A stretch of 64,000 nt of DNA from Nitrospinales bacterium (GCA_965223795.1 CBDCXL010000001.1:320001-384000), one strand, 5' to 3'; positions 10,284-21,278 are shown, counted from the stretch's first letter. Numbers and translations are program-made. The notes: generated by a model not told the origin, from the letters alone.

Positions 10284-10814
10284 TCATTGCAGCCGGTTTT
10301 TTAACGATTTTAGCACCGCCATCCTGGGGTCGCCGGAAGATAGGGCGGCACAGGCGCAGGACTCCCGGTTGCGGTTTGCGCCGCACTGCGGACACAACCC
10401 GCGGCAGTCGTTCCGGCAGCGGGGAACGACGGGCACTTCCAGCAAAATCTGATCCCTGACGCAGCGGGAGAGATCCACGCGGCCTTCGCTGAGCGGTTCG
10501 ACGTCGATGTCGCCCGCGTGCAGCTCCACTTCTCCCGGTTCTTTCGCGCCGCTGTCCTGCGCCACATAATGCGCGGCGGCTTTGCCGCTGACGGGCAGGT
10601 CGAACGGTTCCAGGCAGAGCTGGCAGGCCAGATGCAGCCCGGTCTCGAACCTCCCGTTGAAATAAACTTCGTTGCCCACCGGATTCAGCGTTCCGGATAC
10701 CCGGACATCCTGATTCAGGGTGCATCCCTCCTGATCGATTTCGAACCGGTCCCGCGGCGCGCGCATTTCAAAATCCAATCCGTCTTCAGGAATTTCGTCG
10801 ATTTCAAAGATCAT
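10284..10814 (-). CDS. yceD: DUF177/YceD family protein
   Basis: C..CLEP and C...CRGLCPQCGANRN...C.C motifs, DPR...LK. Lies upstream of rpmF. Confidence 0.9.
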   Translation of the reverse strand: MIFEIDEIPEDGLDFEMRAPRDRFEIDQEGCTLNQDVRVSGTLNPVGNEVYFNGRFETGLHLACQLCLEPFDLPVSGKAAAHYVAQDSGAKEPGEVELHAGDIDVEPLSEGRVDLSRCVRDQILLEVPVVPRCRNDCRGLCPQCGANRNRESCACAALSSGDPRMAVLKSLKNRLQ

Positions 10815-10941
10815 AACCTGGATCGAAGGGAGCTTCTCGACCCCACGCCTGACGGGGGGATTCAACGGGAAGGAGTTATTTTGCCGGATGTTATCTTTAA
10901 TTAAAATAGCAGTCAAGCAAAATGTCACGGCTCAAATCCGA

Positions 10942-11832
10942 TCACCGGGCCCGCGGGTGACAACGGTCGTGCACCGCCAGCATGCGCTCTTTCAGGATAT
11001 GCGTGTAAATCTGTGTGGTGGAAATATCGGCATGGCCCAGCATCTCCTGCACCGCCCTGAGATCCGCCCCGTGCTCCAGCAGATGGGTGGCGAACGCATG
11101 CCGCAGCGAATGCGGGGACAGGCCCGATCCGATCCCGGCTTTTTTGGCGTAGGTCTTGAGGGATTTCCAGAATCCCTGCCGCGTCATCTTTTTGCCGAGC
11201 CGGGTGAGAAACAGCCCGGCGGGGGGACTGCCCTTGATGAACGCGGGCCGGGCTTCATCCAGATAGCGCCGCACCGACTGGAGCGCCACCGCGCCGATGG
11301 GAACCAGCCGCTCTTTGGAACCCTTCCCCAGCGTTCGCAAAAAACCCGCTTCGAGATTGAGATCGGTCACGTTCAGGGACACCAGCTCGCTGACGCGCAG
11401 TCCGGTGGCGTATAAAAGCTCGAGCATCGCCCGGTCCCTGAGGCCCAGCGGCGTGTCTCCGTCCGGCGCGTCGAGAAGCGCGTCCACCTGCGCCATCGCG
11501 ATCACCTGCGGCAGACGCCGCGCCGCTTTCGGCGACTCCAGCAGTTCGGCCGGGTTTGCGCCCTCCCCGCCTTCGCCGCTCAGAAAGCGGAAATAGGACT
11601 TGATCGAGGACAGCGCGCGGGTGATCGACGCGGGGCTTTGCCCCTGCCCGGCGAGGTGGGTCAGAAACGCCCGGATCGCCGTTCCGGTCACCGGATCGCC
11701 CTGCCCCGTGTCTTTCAGAAACTTATGGAAGCGGACCAGGTCCCGCCGGTAGGCGTCGACGGTGTGACGGGAATGGCGCCGCGAGACGGTCAGAAAGTTC
11801 GTGAATTCAATGAGATTATCTTCCATTGGCAT
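10942..11832 (-). CDS. xerD: Tyrosine recombinase XerD
   Basis: RDRAMLELLYATGLRVSEL, GKGSKERLVP, TRQGFW and HSLRHAFATHLL...LGH...TTQIYTH motifs. Confidence 0.93.
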   Translation of the reverse strand: MPMEDNLIEFTNFLTVSRRHSRHTVDAYRRDLVRFHKFLKDTGQGDPVTGTAIRAFLTHLAGQGQSPASITRALSSIKSYFRFLSGEGGEGANPAELLESPKAARRLPQVIAMAQVDALLDAPDGDTPLGLRDRAMLELLYATGLRVSELVSLNVTDLNLEAGFLRTLGKGSKERLVPIGAVALQSVRRYLDEARPAFIKGSPPAGLFLTRLGKKMTRQGFWKSLKTYAKKAGIGSGLSPHSLRHAFATHLLEHGADLRAVQEMLGHADISTTQIYTHILKERMLAVHDRCHPRAR

Positions 11833-12101
11833 TTAATGTTATACTATTCAAATAGTTACAATACAACCGCAAATACGGAAGCCCGATGCGGCGGCGCGGC
11901 GGGAGTGGGCTGTCTGCAGGCGGCCTGGAAGGCGCCGACAAAGGCGTCAAGCTGTGCCATGATCGCGGCCGGGCCGCGGGAGGATTTCATAAGTTATTGA
12001 AATTATTGATAAATTGATGAATTCATTTCCATTGCTCAGGCTGTTAAAATAGGGTAGAATCCCCCCGTCCTCAAAAATCGTCTCCGGAAACCGATAATTC
12101 C

Positions 12102-13124
12102 ATGGAAAAAACCACACTCGTTCAGTTTGTTCGGCAGCAGGAAAAGATCAACCCCCAGGCCACCGGTGAGTTCACCAGTCTGATGAATGAGATGGTGGTG
12201 GCGGCCAAGATGGTTTCCCTGGAAGTGAATCGTGCGGGCATCGGCGAGGACATCCTGGGCCTCACGGGTAAAATGAACGTGTACGGCGAGGAGGTGCAGA
12301 AGCTGGATGCCTTCGCCGACATGATCTTCACCAAGATCATCGGCCAGTCCGGGACGGTGTGCGCCATCACGTCCGAAGAATTGGAATACCCGGTCATCAT
12401 TCCGCCGGAGGACAATCCGGGCAAATACATTTTCATGATGGACCCGCTCGACGGATCCTCGAACATCGACGTCAACGTGCCGATCGGCACGATCTTCTCG
12501 ATCTACCGCAAGAAAAGCGCGGGCAGCAAGGTGACCGACGAAGACCTCATGCAGCGCGGCGACCAGCAGGTCGCGGCCGGGTATGTGCTGTACGGATCGA
12601 GCACCATGTTCATCTACACGTCGGGCAGCGGCGTGCACGGTTTCACGCTCGATCCCGCCTGCGGAGAATTTTTCCTGTCGCACCCGAACATCCAGATCCC
12701 GAAGCTGGGGGCGACTTACAGCGTCAACGAGGGCAATACGGAAATCTGGGACGAGGAACAGAAAAAACTGGTGGCGTTTCTCAAGGAGAAGGACCCGGAA
12801 ACCAAACGGCCCTACAAACTGCGCTACATCGGCACGCTGGTGGCGGACTTTCACCGCACGCTGCTCAAAGGCGGCATCTTCATGTACCCGCGCGATTCGA
12901 AAAACCGCGAGGGCAAGCTGCGCTATGCGTTCGAAGCGGCGCCGATGGCCTTCATCGTCGAAAACGCCGGCGGCATGGCCTCCACGGGCGAGCAGCGGAT
13001 ACTCGACGTCACCCCTGCGGACATCCACCAGTGCGTGCCGCTGTTCATCGGCAGCCGCAAAAACATGGAGCTGGCGATGCAGCATCTGAACGACAACGCG
13101 CCGGTGGGCGGAAAAACGTCCTGA
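12102..13124 (+). CDS. fbp: Class 1 fructose-1,6-bisphosphatase
   Basis: DPLDGSSNIDVN, RYIG.LVADFHR.L.KGG and GKLRYAFEAAPMAF motifs. Confidence 0.96.
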   Translation: MEKTTLVQFVRQQEKINPQATGEFTSLMNEMVVAAKMVSLEVNRAGIGEDILGLTGKMNVYGEEVQKLDAFADMIFTKIIGQSGTVCAITSEELEYPVIIPPEDNPGKYIFMMDPLDGSSNIDVNVPIGTIFSIYRKKSAGSKVTDEDLMQRGDQQVAAGYVLYGSSTMFIYTSGSGVHGFTLDPACGEFFLSHPNIQIPKLGATYSVNEGNTEIWDEEQKKLVAFLKEKDPETKRPYKLRYIGTLVADFHRTLLKGGIFMYPRDSKNREGKLRYAFEAAPMAFIVENAGGMASTGEQRILDVTPADIHQCVPLFIGSRKNMELAMQHLNDNAPVGGKTS

Positions 13125-13239
13125 CAACGGCAGCGCCGTCCACCCGGTTTCAAGTTCAACCTGCATGTTCCCTGTACGCGGCCTGTATGCGGCGCGTCTC
13201 TCTCCGGTTCGATTCGATCCGTAAAACCCAAGATCCCCG

Positions 13240-14511
13240 ATGAAAATCCGAAGCATTCGCGGCGTCAAAGACATCCTTCCCGATGAAGTGGGCAAATGGC
13301 AGTGGGTGGAACAGACCGCGCGCGCGGTGTTCCACCGTTACGGCTTCAAGGAAATCCGCCCGCCCATTTTCGAGAACACCGGACTGTTCGCGCGCAGCAT
13401 CGGCGAAACCACCGACATCGTGGAAAAGGAGATGTACACGTTCACCGACCGGGGCGGCGAGCAGATCACGCTCAGGCCGGAGGGCACGGCGTCCGTGGTG
13501 CGCGCCTATATCGAACACAAACTGTACAACCCGCCGTCTCTGCTCAAGCTGTATTACTTCGGCCCGATGTTCCGCTACGAGCGGCCGCAGGCCGGGCGGT
13601 TCCGCCAGTTTTACCAGATCGGCGTCGAGGCGATGGGCTCGGACAACCCGATGATCGACGTGGAGGTGATGACGCTGCTGATCGAGCTGTTCCGCAATCT
13701 GGGAATTGAGGGGCTCAAGCTGGAGATCAACAGCCTGGGTTGCCCCGAGTGCCGGCCGCAGTACCGCGAGGTGCTGAAGGAAGCGATCCGCGGCCACCTA
13801 TCCGAGTTGTGCTCAAACTGCAACCAGCGTTACGAGCGCAACCCGCTGCGCGTGCTCGACTGCAAGGTGGAGCGCGACCGGGAGATCGCCAAGGGACTGC
13901 CGAAAACCCAGGATCATCTGTGTGTCGCCTGCCGGGAAAATTTCGATGCGGTGCAGGCACTGCTGAAGGAATCGGGAACGGCGTATGCGGTCAATCCGCT
14001 GCTGGTGCGCGGTCTGGATTACTATTCGCGCACCACCTTCGAGGTGACCGCCTCGGGTCTGGGCGCGCAGAACGCCCTGTGCGGCGGCGGCCGCTATGAT
14101 TCGCTGGTCGAGGAATTCGGCGGGCCGTCCACGCCCTGCTTCGGGTTCGCTCTCGGTATGGAGCGTCTGCTGTCGGTGATTCCCTTCGACAAACTCGACG
14201 GCGTCCTCAACCCGCCGCCGGATGTGTTCGTGGTGGGGCTGGGCGCGGAAGCCAACCGGCTGGCTTTTCAGATCGTGCACGGCCTGCGCGCGGACGGACT
14301 GGCGGTGGAGATGGATCACGACGGCGGCAGCATGAAAAGCCAGATGCGCAAGGCGAACCGAGTGCACAGCCGCTACACGCTGATTCTGGGAGAGAATGAA
14401 ATCCGCTCGGGGAAATACCAGCTCAAGAACATGCAGGAAGGCGATCAGCAGGAAATCGACGCGGCGAATCTTGCGGCAAATCTGAAAAAAATCCTCAATT
14501 TTCCCTCCTGA
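13240..14511 (+). CDS. hisS: Histidine--tRNA ligase
   Basis: LRPEGTA, FRYERPQAGRFRQF, LVRGLDYY and GGGRYD motifs. Confidence 0.98.
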   Translation: MKIRSIRGVKDILPDEVGKWQWVEQTARAVFHRYGFKEIRPPIFENTGLFARSIGETTDIVEKEMYTFTDRGGEQITLRPEGTASVVRAYIEHKLYNPPSLLKLYYFGPMFRYERPQAGRFRQFYQIGVEAMGSDNPMIDVEVMTLLIELFRNLGIEGLKLEINSLGCPECRPQYREVLKEAIRGHLSELCSNCNQRYERNPLRVLDCKVERDREIAKGLPKTQDHLCVACRENFDAVQALLKESGTAYAVNPLLVRGLDYYSRTTFEVTASGLGAQNALCGGGRYDSLVEEFGGPSTPCFGFALGMERLLSVIPFDKLDGVLNPPPDVFVVGLGAEANRLAFQIVHGLRADGLAVEMDHDGGSMKSQMRKANRVHSRYTLILGENEIRSGKYQLKNMQEGDQQEIDAANLAANLKKILNFPS

Positions 14512-14617
14512 ACCGCTGGAATCGCGAAACCGGCCGTCTCCACAAAGCATTGACCGCGAAGCCGGTGCATGCTAAATTGGATTGGTTCGTAACCAATGAC
14601 TTGATAAGGTTGGAGTT

Positions 14618-15046
14618 ATGTCCAGCAAAGAACTCGAGGTCCTGGAAGATTACATCGCTCAGAACAATCTGAAGATCACCCGGCAACGGCGCGCCGTGCT
14701 CAAGGCGTTTCTCGATTGCGAGGAACATGTGAGCGCGGAAGACCTGTACAACCTGGTGGCCGCCAATGAACCGAAGGTGGGGCTCGCCACGGTGTACCGC
14801 ACGCTGGCGCTGCTGACGCAGAGCGGCCTGGCCTCGGAACTGGATTTCGGCGACGGGCACAAGCGTTACGAGCACAAATACATGCACGGCCATCACGACC
14901 ACATGATCTGCACCGAATGCGGCAAGATCATCGAGTTCAACCATCCCCTCATCGAGAAATTCCAGGAAGAGGTGGCCGCGCGCAACGGGTTCACCATCAC
15001 CTCGCACAAACTGGACATGTTCGGCATCTGCAAGGAGTGCCGCTAG
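14618..15046 (+). CDS. fur: Fur-family transcriptional regulator
   Basis: T.QR, GLATVYRTL and HHDHMICTECGKIIEF motifs, C-terminal CxxC. Confidence 0.93.
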   Translation: MSSKELEVLEDYIAQNNLKITRQRRAVLKAFLDCEEHVSAEDLYNLVAANEPKVGLATVYRTLALLTQSGLASELDFGDGHKRYEHKYMHGHHDHMICTECGKIIEFNHPLIEKFQEEVAARNGFTITSHKLDMFGICKECR

Positions 15047-15084
15047 TCCGCTTCCGATTTTTCCTCTGAATTAAAAAAGAACGG

Positions 15085-16053
15085 TCAGGTTCCGGTCGCG
15101 GGTTCTTCGGCTTCCGGTTCGGTTTTTTCGGTGTGTTTGGTTTCGGCGGGCGGCGGGGCGTCCGGAGCGGCTTTGAGATCCGCGTACGAGAGCGCGCAGC
15201 GGAAGCCGATGTAGTTGAAGATTTCGTTGATCACCTGACCGTAGGTGGTGACCTTGGGAAACACGCGGTTTTTGGGGTGCAGCCAGGTGCGGTTGGTGAT
15301 CCTCAGCGCGCCCGCAGAGGAGTCGAAAGCACCGCCGCGGATCACTTTGTGCTCTCCGGTGTCGGGACCCTTGGGGTTGTCCTTGGGCTCTTTGCGGTAG
15401 AGCGGTTCGTACCAGTCGGCGATCCATTCCCAGACATTGCCCATCATGTCGTGCAGGCCGTACTGGTTGGGTTTTTTCGCGCCCACCGGGTGGGTCTGCT
15501 TTTCGGAATTGTCCTCGTACCAGGCGTAGGCTTCATCCATCAGGTTGCCCCAGTAATAGCGCGATTCGGCTCCGCCGCGGGCGGCGTACTCCCACTCCGC
15601 CTCGGTGGGCAGACGGCAGGCGCCGCCGGATTTCTGCACGTATTCCTGAACGTCGTAATAGTTGACCTGCTCCACCGGCCGGTCCGGCCCGAGAAATTTG
15701 GACGGGTTGAAGCCCATCACCGCTTCCCATTCCGCCTGGGTCACTTCATAGCGGCCGAGATAATAATCGTCCACGCACACCTCGTGCTCCGGCCGCTCGT
15801 CTTCCTGGGCGTGATCGTTGCCCATCCGGAAACAGCCGCCCTTGATGAACGCCATCCGCTCCGGCGCCTGGCCGGCTTTTTTCAAGTCCTCGCCGGTGTA
15901 AACGATGGGGACCACTTTCGGACCGGCGGGCTTGCTCGGCGCGGCGCTCTCGGGTGGGGGCGTCTCGTCCTTCTGAGCGACGTCCCCGTTTTGCGAACAC
16001 GCGCCCGCGAACAGGAACAGGGCACTGAAAATGAAGAATTTAAGAAGATTCAT
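15085..16053 (-). CDS. FGE-sulfatase-domain (SUMF1/EgtB/PvdO family) lipoprotein
   Basis: Lipobox FAGAC. F.MG, RLPTEAEWEYAAR, N.YGLHDM.GNVWEW, RGG and GFRC motifs. Confidence 0.88.
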   Translation of the reverse strand: MNLLKFFIFSALFLFAGACSQNGDVAQKDETPPPESAAPSKPAGPKVVPIVYTGEDLKKAGQAPERMAFIKGGCFRMGNDHAQEDERPEHEVCVDDYYLGRYEVTQAEWEAVMGFNPSKFLGPDRPVEQVNYYDVQEYVQKSGGACRLPTEAEWEYAARGGAESRYYWGNLMDEAYAWYEDNSEKQTHPVGAKKPNQYGLHDMMGNVWEWIADWYEPLYRKEPKDNPKGPDTGEHKVIRGGAFDSSAGALRITNRTWLHPKNRVFPKVTTYGQVINEIFNYIGFRCALSYADLKAAPDAPPPAETKHTEKTEPEAEEPATGT

Positions 16054-16214
16054 GATCGGGGGTTTCCGGGAAAGAGAAATTCTATCATGCCGCCGGACGA
16101 TTGCAAAAAAAAAGCAAAGCGCCTCAAAAATCGGCGCTTTCTGCCGATAGGGAAGCGTAGGTCATTCAAATGACGGATTTTATGGACCCATTGTATCAGA
16201 AAGACAAAGCCGGA

Positions 16215-18557
16215 ATGCAATCTATTTGGCTGGCCTGGCTGACGCTGCTGTTGTTCGGCTGTGCGGCGATCGAACCCGCGCCCCCGGCTCCGGATGCCAC
16301 GGCGTCCGTCAGCGGCGGAGTCGTTCCGCCGCCGGACTGGGAGGTGGCGCTTCCTTACGAGAAGGACCTCAAGGTGGCGCGCATGCAGTTCAACCGGAGG
16401 GAGTACGCCTCCTCGGAGTATTTCCTGCGCAAGACGCTGATGGCGGCTCCGGAACAGCCGCTGGCGCTCAAGCTCTTGCCGCGCACGTATTTTTTCCGTG
16501 GCGACATTCCGCGCGCGCTGGCGGCGTTTCAACGGTTGAACACGGTGTTTCCGCGCGACCCGGACCCGTTTCTCGGCATGGGCTGGTGCCACCTGATCCT
16601 GAAACGTTACAGCGAATCCCTGCAGGCGTTCGCGCGCGCCGAGGCGCTGTCACAGGGCCCGACGCCGGAAACGCGCAAGGGCAAAGCGCTCATTTTCTGG
16701 CGGCAGAAACGGCGCGAGAAAGCACTCGCCGAATTCGCCAGCGTCTATCCGCCCGAACGCATGGATGCGGTGGCGAGTTATCTCGAAGCATTGGATGAGG
16801 CTGCCTTTTTCAAACTGGCTCCGGAAGATCCCGGCTCCCCTGCCCTGTTCGCGCTGCCGCCGGAGCACCCGCGTTTTCCGGGCGCGCTGTGGGGGCTGAG
16901 CGAAGAAAAGGTGGACGGGCTGGACGCGGCCTGGGCGCATTTTCACAGGCAGTCTTACGACAGGGCGCAGGCGGCGTTCGCCGGCGGGAAGGCCGCGGGC
17001 TCGCTGGACGCGAAAAACGGGCTGGCCTGGAGCCTGCTGGAGAGCAAGCAGATCCGTGAGGCCGAGACGGTGTTCGAGGAAATTCTGGCGGAGTATCCCA
17101 GCTTTCCCGGCGCGGTGCTGGGCAAGCGCAAGGTCGATGAGCAGAAGATGAAACAGGCCGCGTTCGGTCAGTATTACCTGGACCTGGACAAGATTCAGAT
17201 CGCCGAGCAGAACTTCACCGAGCTGGCCCGTGACTATCCGCGCTGGGCGCATCCTCTGGTGCGGCTGGGTGAGATCGAAACGCGCAAGGGCAACCATGCG
17301 CGCGCGATCCGGTATTTTCACAAGGCGCTGGAACTTGCGCCGGGAAACCGCGATGCGCTGCTGGGGCTGGAAGAGGTGCACAAACACGTGGAGCCTGAGC
17401 TGTATGCCGGCGACCAGGCGCTCAAGAACGGCGACTATAAAAAGGCCGCGCGCATTTATCACGAATACATCGAAAGCCGCAACGCGCAGGCGAAACCGTC
17501 GTCGCTGGCGCACGCCTACCAGGGGCTGGGGTGGAGCCAGTTCAAAAAGGGCCAGTATGAACTGGCTGTCGGCAAATTCAAGCGATCCGGCAGGCACCCT
17601 TACTACCAGAAGGACGCCTTGCGGGGACTGGGCTTTTCCTATTACATGCTGGGACAGTTCGACGCTTCGGCGGATTACCTGCTGACCGCGGAACCGGAGC
17701 GAAGCGGTTCCGGAGACATCGCCTACAAACTGGACTGGAGCGTGCTCAAGGGGAAACACCCGAAACGCGCCGAACTATATTTCGAAAAGGAACTGGAACG
17801 CGATCCGCTGCGTTCGTCGCTGTACATGGGCATGGGCTGGCTGCAGCACAAAAAGGGCTACCCGGACCTCGCGGTGGAATACTTTCTCAAGGCGATCTCG
17901 CTCGATCCCGCGGCGGCGGAGTCGGAAGAGTTCACGGCGTTTCTCAAGCAGCAGCGCTTCGGCTGGCAGATCCTCAACCGCCTCGGCTGGGCCTATTTCG
18001 AAAAAGAGGACTATGAAAATTCACTGCGGCTGTTCGAACGTTCGCTGAACGAACGGCCGGGACGGTCCGAAGCGTATCAGGGCGTCGGTTACAATATGTT
18101 CCGTTTGGGCAAGCACAAAACCGCGGCGGCATACCTGAAAAAAACGCTGAACCTCAACCCGGAACCGAATCCCGTCACGGAAACGTTCGAGGATGCCGAA
18201 CGCGGCATCGTGTTCACCACGCGCACGTCCGTTCGGGCAAAGCTCGCCCGCGCCTACCACCATCTTGGCCTTTATCCCGAAGCCCTGCGCCTGTACCAGG
18301 AAGCGCTCAACCGGGAGCCGGAACAGCCCGGCGCGCACGAAGGACTGGGATGGACCTACCTCAAGATGAACCGGCTTGCGGAATCGCGGGCGGCGTTCAC
18401 CCACGCGCTCCGGCTGGAGCCTTTGAACCCTTTTGCGGATAAGGGATTAACTCAGGTAAAACAGTTGGTTGCGACCAAAAACCTGCGTGAGAACAAAGCC
18501 CTTTCCGTGCGCCAGATCGTGAAGAAAACGCGCCAGGAAATGGTTGGTCCGAATTAG
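16215..18557 (+). CDS. Large tetratricopeptide-repeat (lipo)protein
   Basis: LFGC lipobox-like motif and many A..GLGW/A...F..AL...P repeats. Start may be 16170. Confidence 0.85.
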   Translation: MQSIWLAWLTLLLFGCAAIEPAPPAPDATASVSGGVVPPPDWEVALPYEKDLKVARMQFNRREYASSEYFLRKTLMAAPEQPLALKLLPRTYFFRGDIPRALAAFQRLNTVFPRDPDPFLGMGWCHLILKRYSESLQAFARAEALSQGPTPETRKGKALIFWRQKRREKALAEFASVYPPERMDAVASYLEALDEAAFFKLAPEDPGSPALFALPPEHPRFPGALWGLSEEKVDGLDAAWAHFHRQSYDRAQAAFAGGKAAGSLDAKNGLAWSLLESKQIREAETVFEEILAEYPSFPGAVLGKRKVDEQKMKQAAFGQYYLDLDKIQIAEQNFTELARDYPRWAHPLVRLGEIETRKGNHARAIRYFHKALELAPGNRDALLGLEEVHKHVEPELYAGDQALKNGDYKKAARIYHEYIESRNAQAKPSSLAHAYQGLGWSQFKKGQYELAVGKFKRSGRHPYYQKDALRGLGFSYYMLGQFDASADYLLTAEPERSGSGDIAYKLDWSVLKGKHPKRAELYFEKELERDPLRSSLYMGMGWLQHKKGYPDLAVEYFLKAISLDPAAAESEEFTAFLKQQRFGWQILNRLGWAYFEKEDYENSLRLFERSLNERPGRSEAYQGVGYNMFRLGKHKTAAAYLKKTLNLNPEPNPVTETFEDAERGIVFTTRTSVRAKLARAYHHLGLYPEALRLYQEALNREPEQPGAHEGLGWTYLKMNRLAESRAAFTHALRLEPLNPFADKGLTQVKQLVATKNLRENKALSVRQIVKKTRQEMVGPN

Positions 18558-18597
18558 CGTAAAAACGCGTATTAAGAATAAAATCAAAACATTTCAA

Positions 18598-18625
18598 TTG
18601 ACAATCGGGCGGGAATTGTTACAAT
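18598..18625 (+). promoter_or_regulatory. Near-consensus sigma70 promoter with no downstream CDS
   Basis: TTGACA-N16-TACAAT with TGn extended -10. Confidence 0.65.
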
Positions 18626-18631
18626 GGATCT

Positions 18632-18770
18632 CTAATTTCCGAACGACCTTCATCGAAATTACAAGCGCTCGTGCATTGGGGGAGGGAGGGGTACCTTTCT
18701 CTTTTCACATCGTGTGGAAAGTCATGGAGTTGAACCGTGGTTCGACTCCATGATCCCGACTTCTCTTCCT
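18632..18770 (+). ncRNA. Candidate small RNA with four stem-loops
   Basis: Follows the promoter. G-U-rich stem at 18678-18705, 14-bp stem at 18722-18753, then a pyrimidine tract. Lies between convergent genes. Confidence 0.5.
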
Positions 18771-18829
18771 TGTTTGTTTCCCGTCTTTCAGTTCATTTCA
18801 TCTAACAGCGAATCCGCCTTGATCCGTTT

Positions 18830-20809
18830 TTAGCCACTCTGGGCCAGCTTTTTGTAAGTCGCTTTCAACTCCTCGACCACCGAAGGATCGGCCAGTGTGG
18901 ACACGTCGCCCAACTGATCCGCTTCATCGGCGGCGATTTTTCTCAGGATGCGGCGCATGATTTTTCCGGACCGCGTTTTCGGCAGCGCCGGCGCCAGCTG
19001 GATGACGTCGGGCGTCGCGATGGGGCCGATTTCGTTGCGCACGAACGCCTTGAGATCCTTGCCGAGTTCCTCACTGTATTGCACGCCGTCCATGAGCGAG
19101 ATGTAGGCGTAGATCCCCTGCCCTTTGATGGGATGCGGGTAGCCCACCACCGCCGCTTCCGCGATGCTGTCGTGCAGCACCAGCGCCGATTCCACCTCCG
19201 CGGTGCCGATGCGGTGGCCGGACACGTTGATGACGTCGTCCACGCGTCCGGTGATCCAGTAGTAGCCGTCCTTATCGCGCGAGCAGCCGTCGCCGGTGAA
19301 GTAATAACCGGGATAGAGCTTGAAGTAGGTTTCCTCGAAACGCTCGTGATCGCCGTACACGGTGCGCGCCTGGCCCGGCCAGGGTTCGCTGAGCGCCAGC
19401 ACGCCGGTGACGCCGTTGCCCTCCAGCACCTTGCCGGTCTCCGCTTCGATGACCGCGGGCTTGACGCCGAAAAACGGAAACGTCGCCGAGCCCGGCTTGG
19501 CGGGCGTGCAGCCGGGAAGCGGCGTGATGAGGATGCCGCCGGTTTCGGTCTGCCACCAGGTGTCGACGATCGGGCAGCGTTCGCGGCCGACGTTCTTGTA
19601 GTACCAGCGCCAGGCTTCGGGATTGATCGGCTCGCCGACGGAGCCGAGCACCTTGAGCGAGGACAGGTCGTAGCGCGCCGGGATCTCCTCGCCGTGCGCC
19701 ATGAGCGCGCGGATGGCGGTGGGCGCGGTGTAGAACTGCGTCACCTTGTGGCGGTCCACCACGTCCCAGAACCGCCCGGCGTCGGGATAGGTCGGCACGC
19801 CCTCGAACATGATGGTGGTGGCGCCGTTGCCCAGCGGGCCGTAGATGATGTAGGAATGCCCGGTCACCCAGCCGATGTCCGCCGTGCACCACCAGATGTC
19901 GCCGTCGTGATAGTCGAAGATGTATTTGTGCGTCAGCGCGGCGTAGATCATGTAGCCGCCGACGTTGTGCTGCACACCTTTGGGTTTGCCGGTGGAGCCG
20001 GAAGTGTACAGCAGGAACAGCGGGTCCTCCGCGTCCATCGGCTCGGCCTCGCAGTCCGGCGACGCGTCCTTCATTTCCTCGTGCCACCAGAAATCGCGGC
20101 CGGACTGCATGTCGCAGGAAATCTTATCGCCCACTCGGGCCACCACGACGCAGGTCCTGACCTGGGTGCCCTCTTTCGCGGCGAGCTCGATGGCTTTGTC
20201 GGCGTTGGTCTTGAGCGGCACGGGCTTGGTGCCGCGGAACGCGCCGTCGGTGGTGATGACGCAGCTCGATGTGGAACCGTGGATGCGTTCGCCCAGCGCC
20301 TGCGCGGAGAAACCGCCGAACACGATGGAATGGATGGCGCCGATGCGGGCGCAGGCCAGCATGCCGATGGCCAGCTCGACCACCATCGGCATGTACAGCG
20401 TGACGCGGTCGCCTTTTTTTATGCCGTGCTTTTTGAGCACGTTGGCGAACCTGCACACCTCGGCGTGCAGCTCGGCGTAGGTGAGGGTGCGGTTTTCGCC
20501 CGGCTCGTTGCCTTCCCACAGGATGGCGGTCTGATCTTTTCTGGTTTCCAGGTGGCGGTCGATGCAGTTGACGGTGATGTTCGTCGTGCCGCCCTTGAAC
20601 CACTCGATCAGAATCTTTCCGTTCTTGACGTTGTAGTTGTAGTTGCGCACCCGGTCCCATTTTTTGAACCAGACGAATTTGTCCGCCTCCGCGGCCCAGA
20701 ATGCGTCCGGGTCGCTCACGGATTGTTCGTACAGCTTCCGGTATTCCTCCATGTTCTTGAAGTAGGCGCTGGCGGAAATGGAAGCCGGGGGGTGATAAAG
20801 TTCGTTCAT
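18830..20809 (-). CDS. acs: Acetyl-CoA synthetase (AMP-forming)
   Basis: [28 protein letters not shown] and [12 protein letters not shown] motifs. Confidence 0.97.
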   Translation of the reverse strand: MNELYHPPASISASAYFKNMEEYRKLYEQSVSDPDAFWAAEADKFVWFKKWDRVRNYNYNVKNGKILIEWFKGGTTNITVNCIDRHLETRKDQTAILWEGNEPGENRTLTYAELHAEVCRFANVLKKHGIKKGDRVTLYMPMVVELAIGMLACARIGAIHSIVFGGFSAQALGERIHGSTSSCVITTDGAFRGTKPVPLKTNADKAIELAAKEGTQVRTCVVVARVGDKISCDMQSGRDFWWHEEMKDASPDCEAEPMDAEDPLFLLYTSGSTGKPKGVQHNVGGYMIYAALTHKYIFDYHDGDIWWCTADIGWVTGHSYIIYGPLGNGATTIMFEGVPTYPDAGRFWDVVDRHKVTQFYTAPTAIRALMAHGEEIPARYDLSSLKVLGSVGEPINPEAWRWYYKNVGRERCPIVDTWWQTETGGILITPLPGCTPAKPGSATFPFFGVKPAVIEAETGKVLEGNGVTGVLALSEPWPGQARTVYGDHERFEETYFKLYPGYYFTGDGCSRDKDGYYWITGRVDDVINVSGHRIGTAEVESALVLHDSIAEAAVVGYPHPIKGQGIYAYISLMDGVQYSEELGKDLKAFVRNEIGPIATPDVIQLAPALPKTRSGKIMRRILRKIAADEADQLGDVSTLADPSVVEELKATYKKLAQSG

Positions 20810-20855
20810 CGAAATGTCTCCCAAACGTGAAGGCGGGTCAGTGCGTGTTACCGGT

Positions 20856-21278
20856 TTAAAGCGTGCGCACGGCGCGCGCGGCTTCGGCCAGGGTCCAAAG
20901 GCCGTCGGGCTGGCTGTATTCGCCGGTGCGGATATTGAACACCCAGGTCCGCTGGCGGCCGGATACCTGCTGCGCGATCATGGAAAAACCGCCGCCGGGG
21001 GAAAAGCGGTCACTGATGTGGACGTCCTTGCCGAACTTGTCCTGAATGCTCCAGGACGGATCGTAGATCGTGGCCATTTCGTCGTGGGTCGGCAGGCGCC
21101 AGTCGTCGTGGCCGGCGAACCGTTTTTCGTTGAGTTCGCGGACGTAATCGACGCTTTCCGGATAGTTCACCCACTTTTCCAAGTCGTTCATGGAATCGGT
21201 GCGCGTCCACATCAAGCCGGACTGCGTGTCCGTGACCGTCCCGTCGCCGTTGTCTTTAAAACGCGTATCTGATCCCAC
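20856..21278 (-). CDS. DUF1566 (Lcl C-terminal-like) domain protein
   Basis: [25 protein letters not shown] and RAVR motifs. Confidence 0.85.
   Translation of the reverse strand: MGSDTRFKDNGDGTVTDTQSGLMWTRTDSMNDLEKWVNYPESVDYVRELNEKRFAGHDDWRLPTHDEMATIYDPSWSIQDKFGKDVHISDRFSPGGGFSMIAQQVSGRQRTWVFNIRTGEYSQPDGLWTLAEAARAVRTL

Noticed and set aside
10942..11832. Integrase of a mobile element
   Set aside because: It has chromosomal XerD-type motifs (TRQGFW) and housekeeping neighbours, with no att sites or cargo.
18544..18753. 69-aa ORF in the TPR-acs gap
   Set aside because: It starts inside the TPR gene, runs through the promoter, has atypical codons and shows no recognisable motif.
18736..18760. 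tRNA/tmRNA-like T-arm CGTGG-TTCGACT-CCATG
   Set aside because: No acceptor stem, D arm, anticodon arm or CCA could be built. A longer 14-bp hairpin explains the sequence better.
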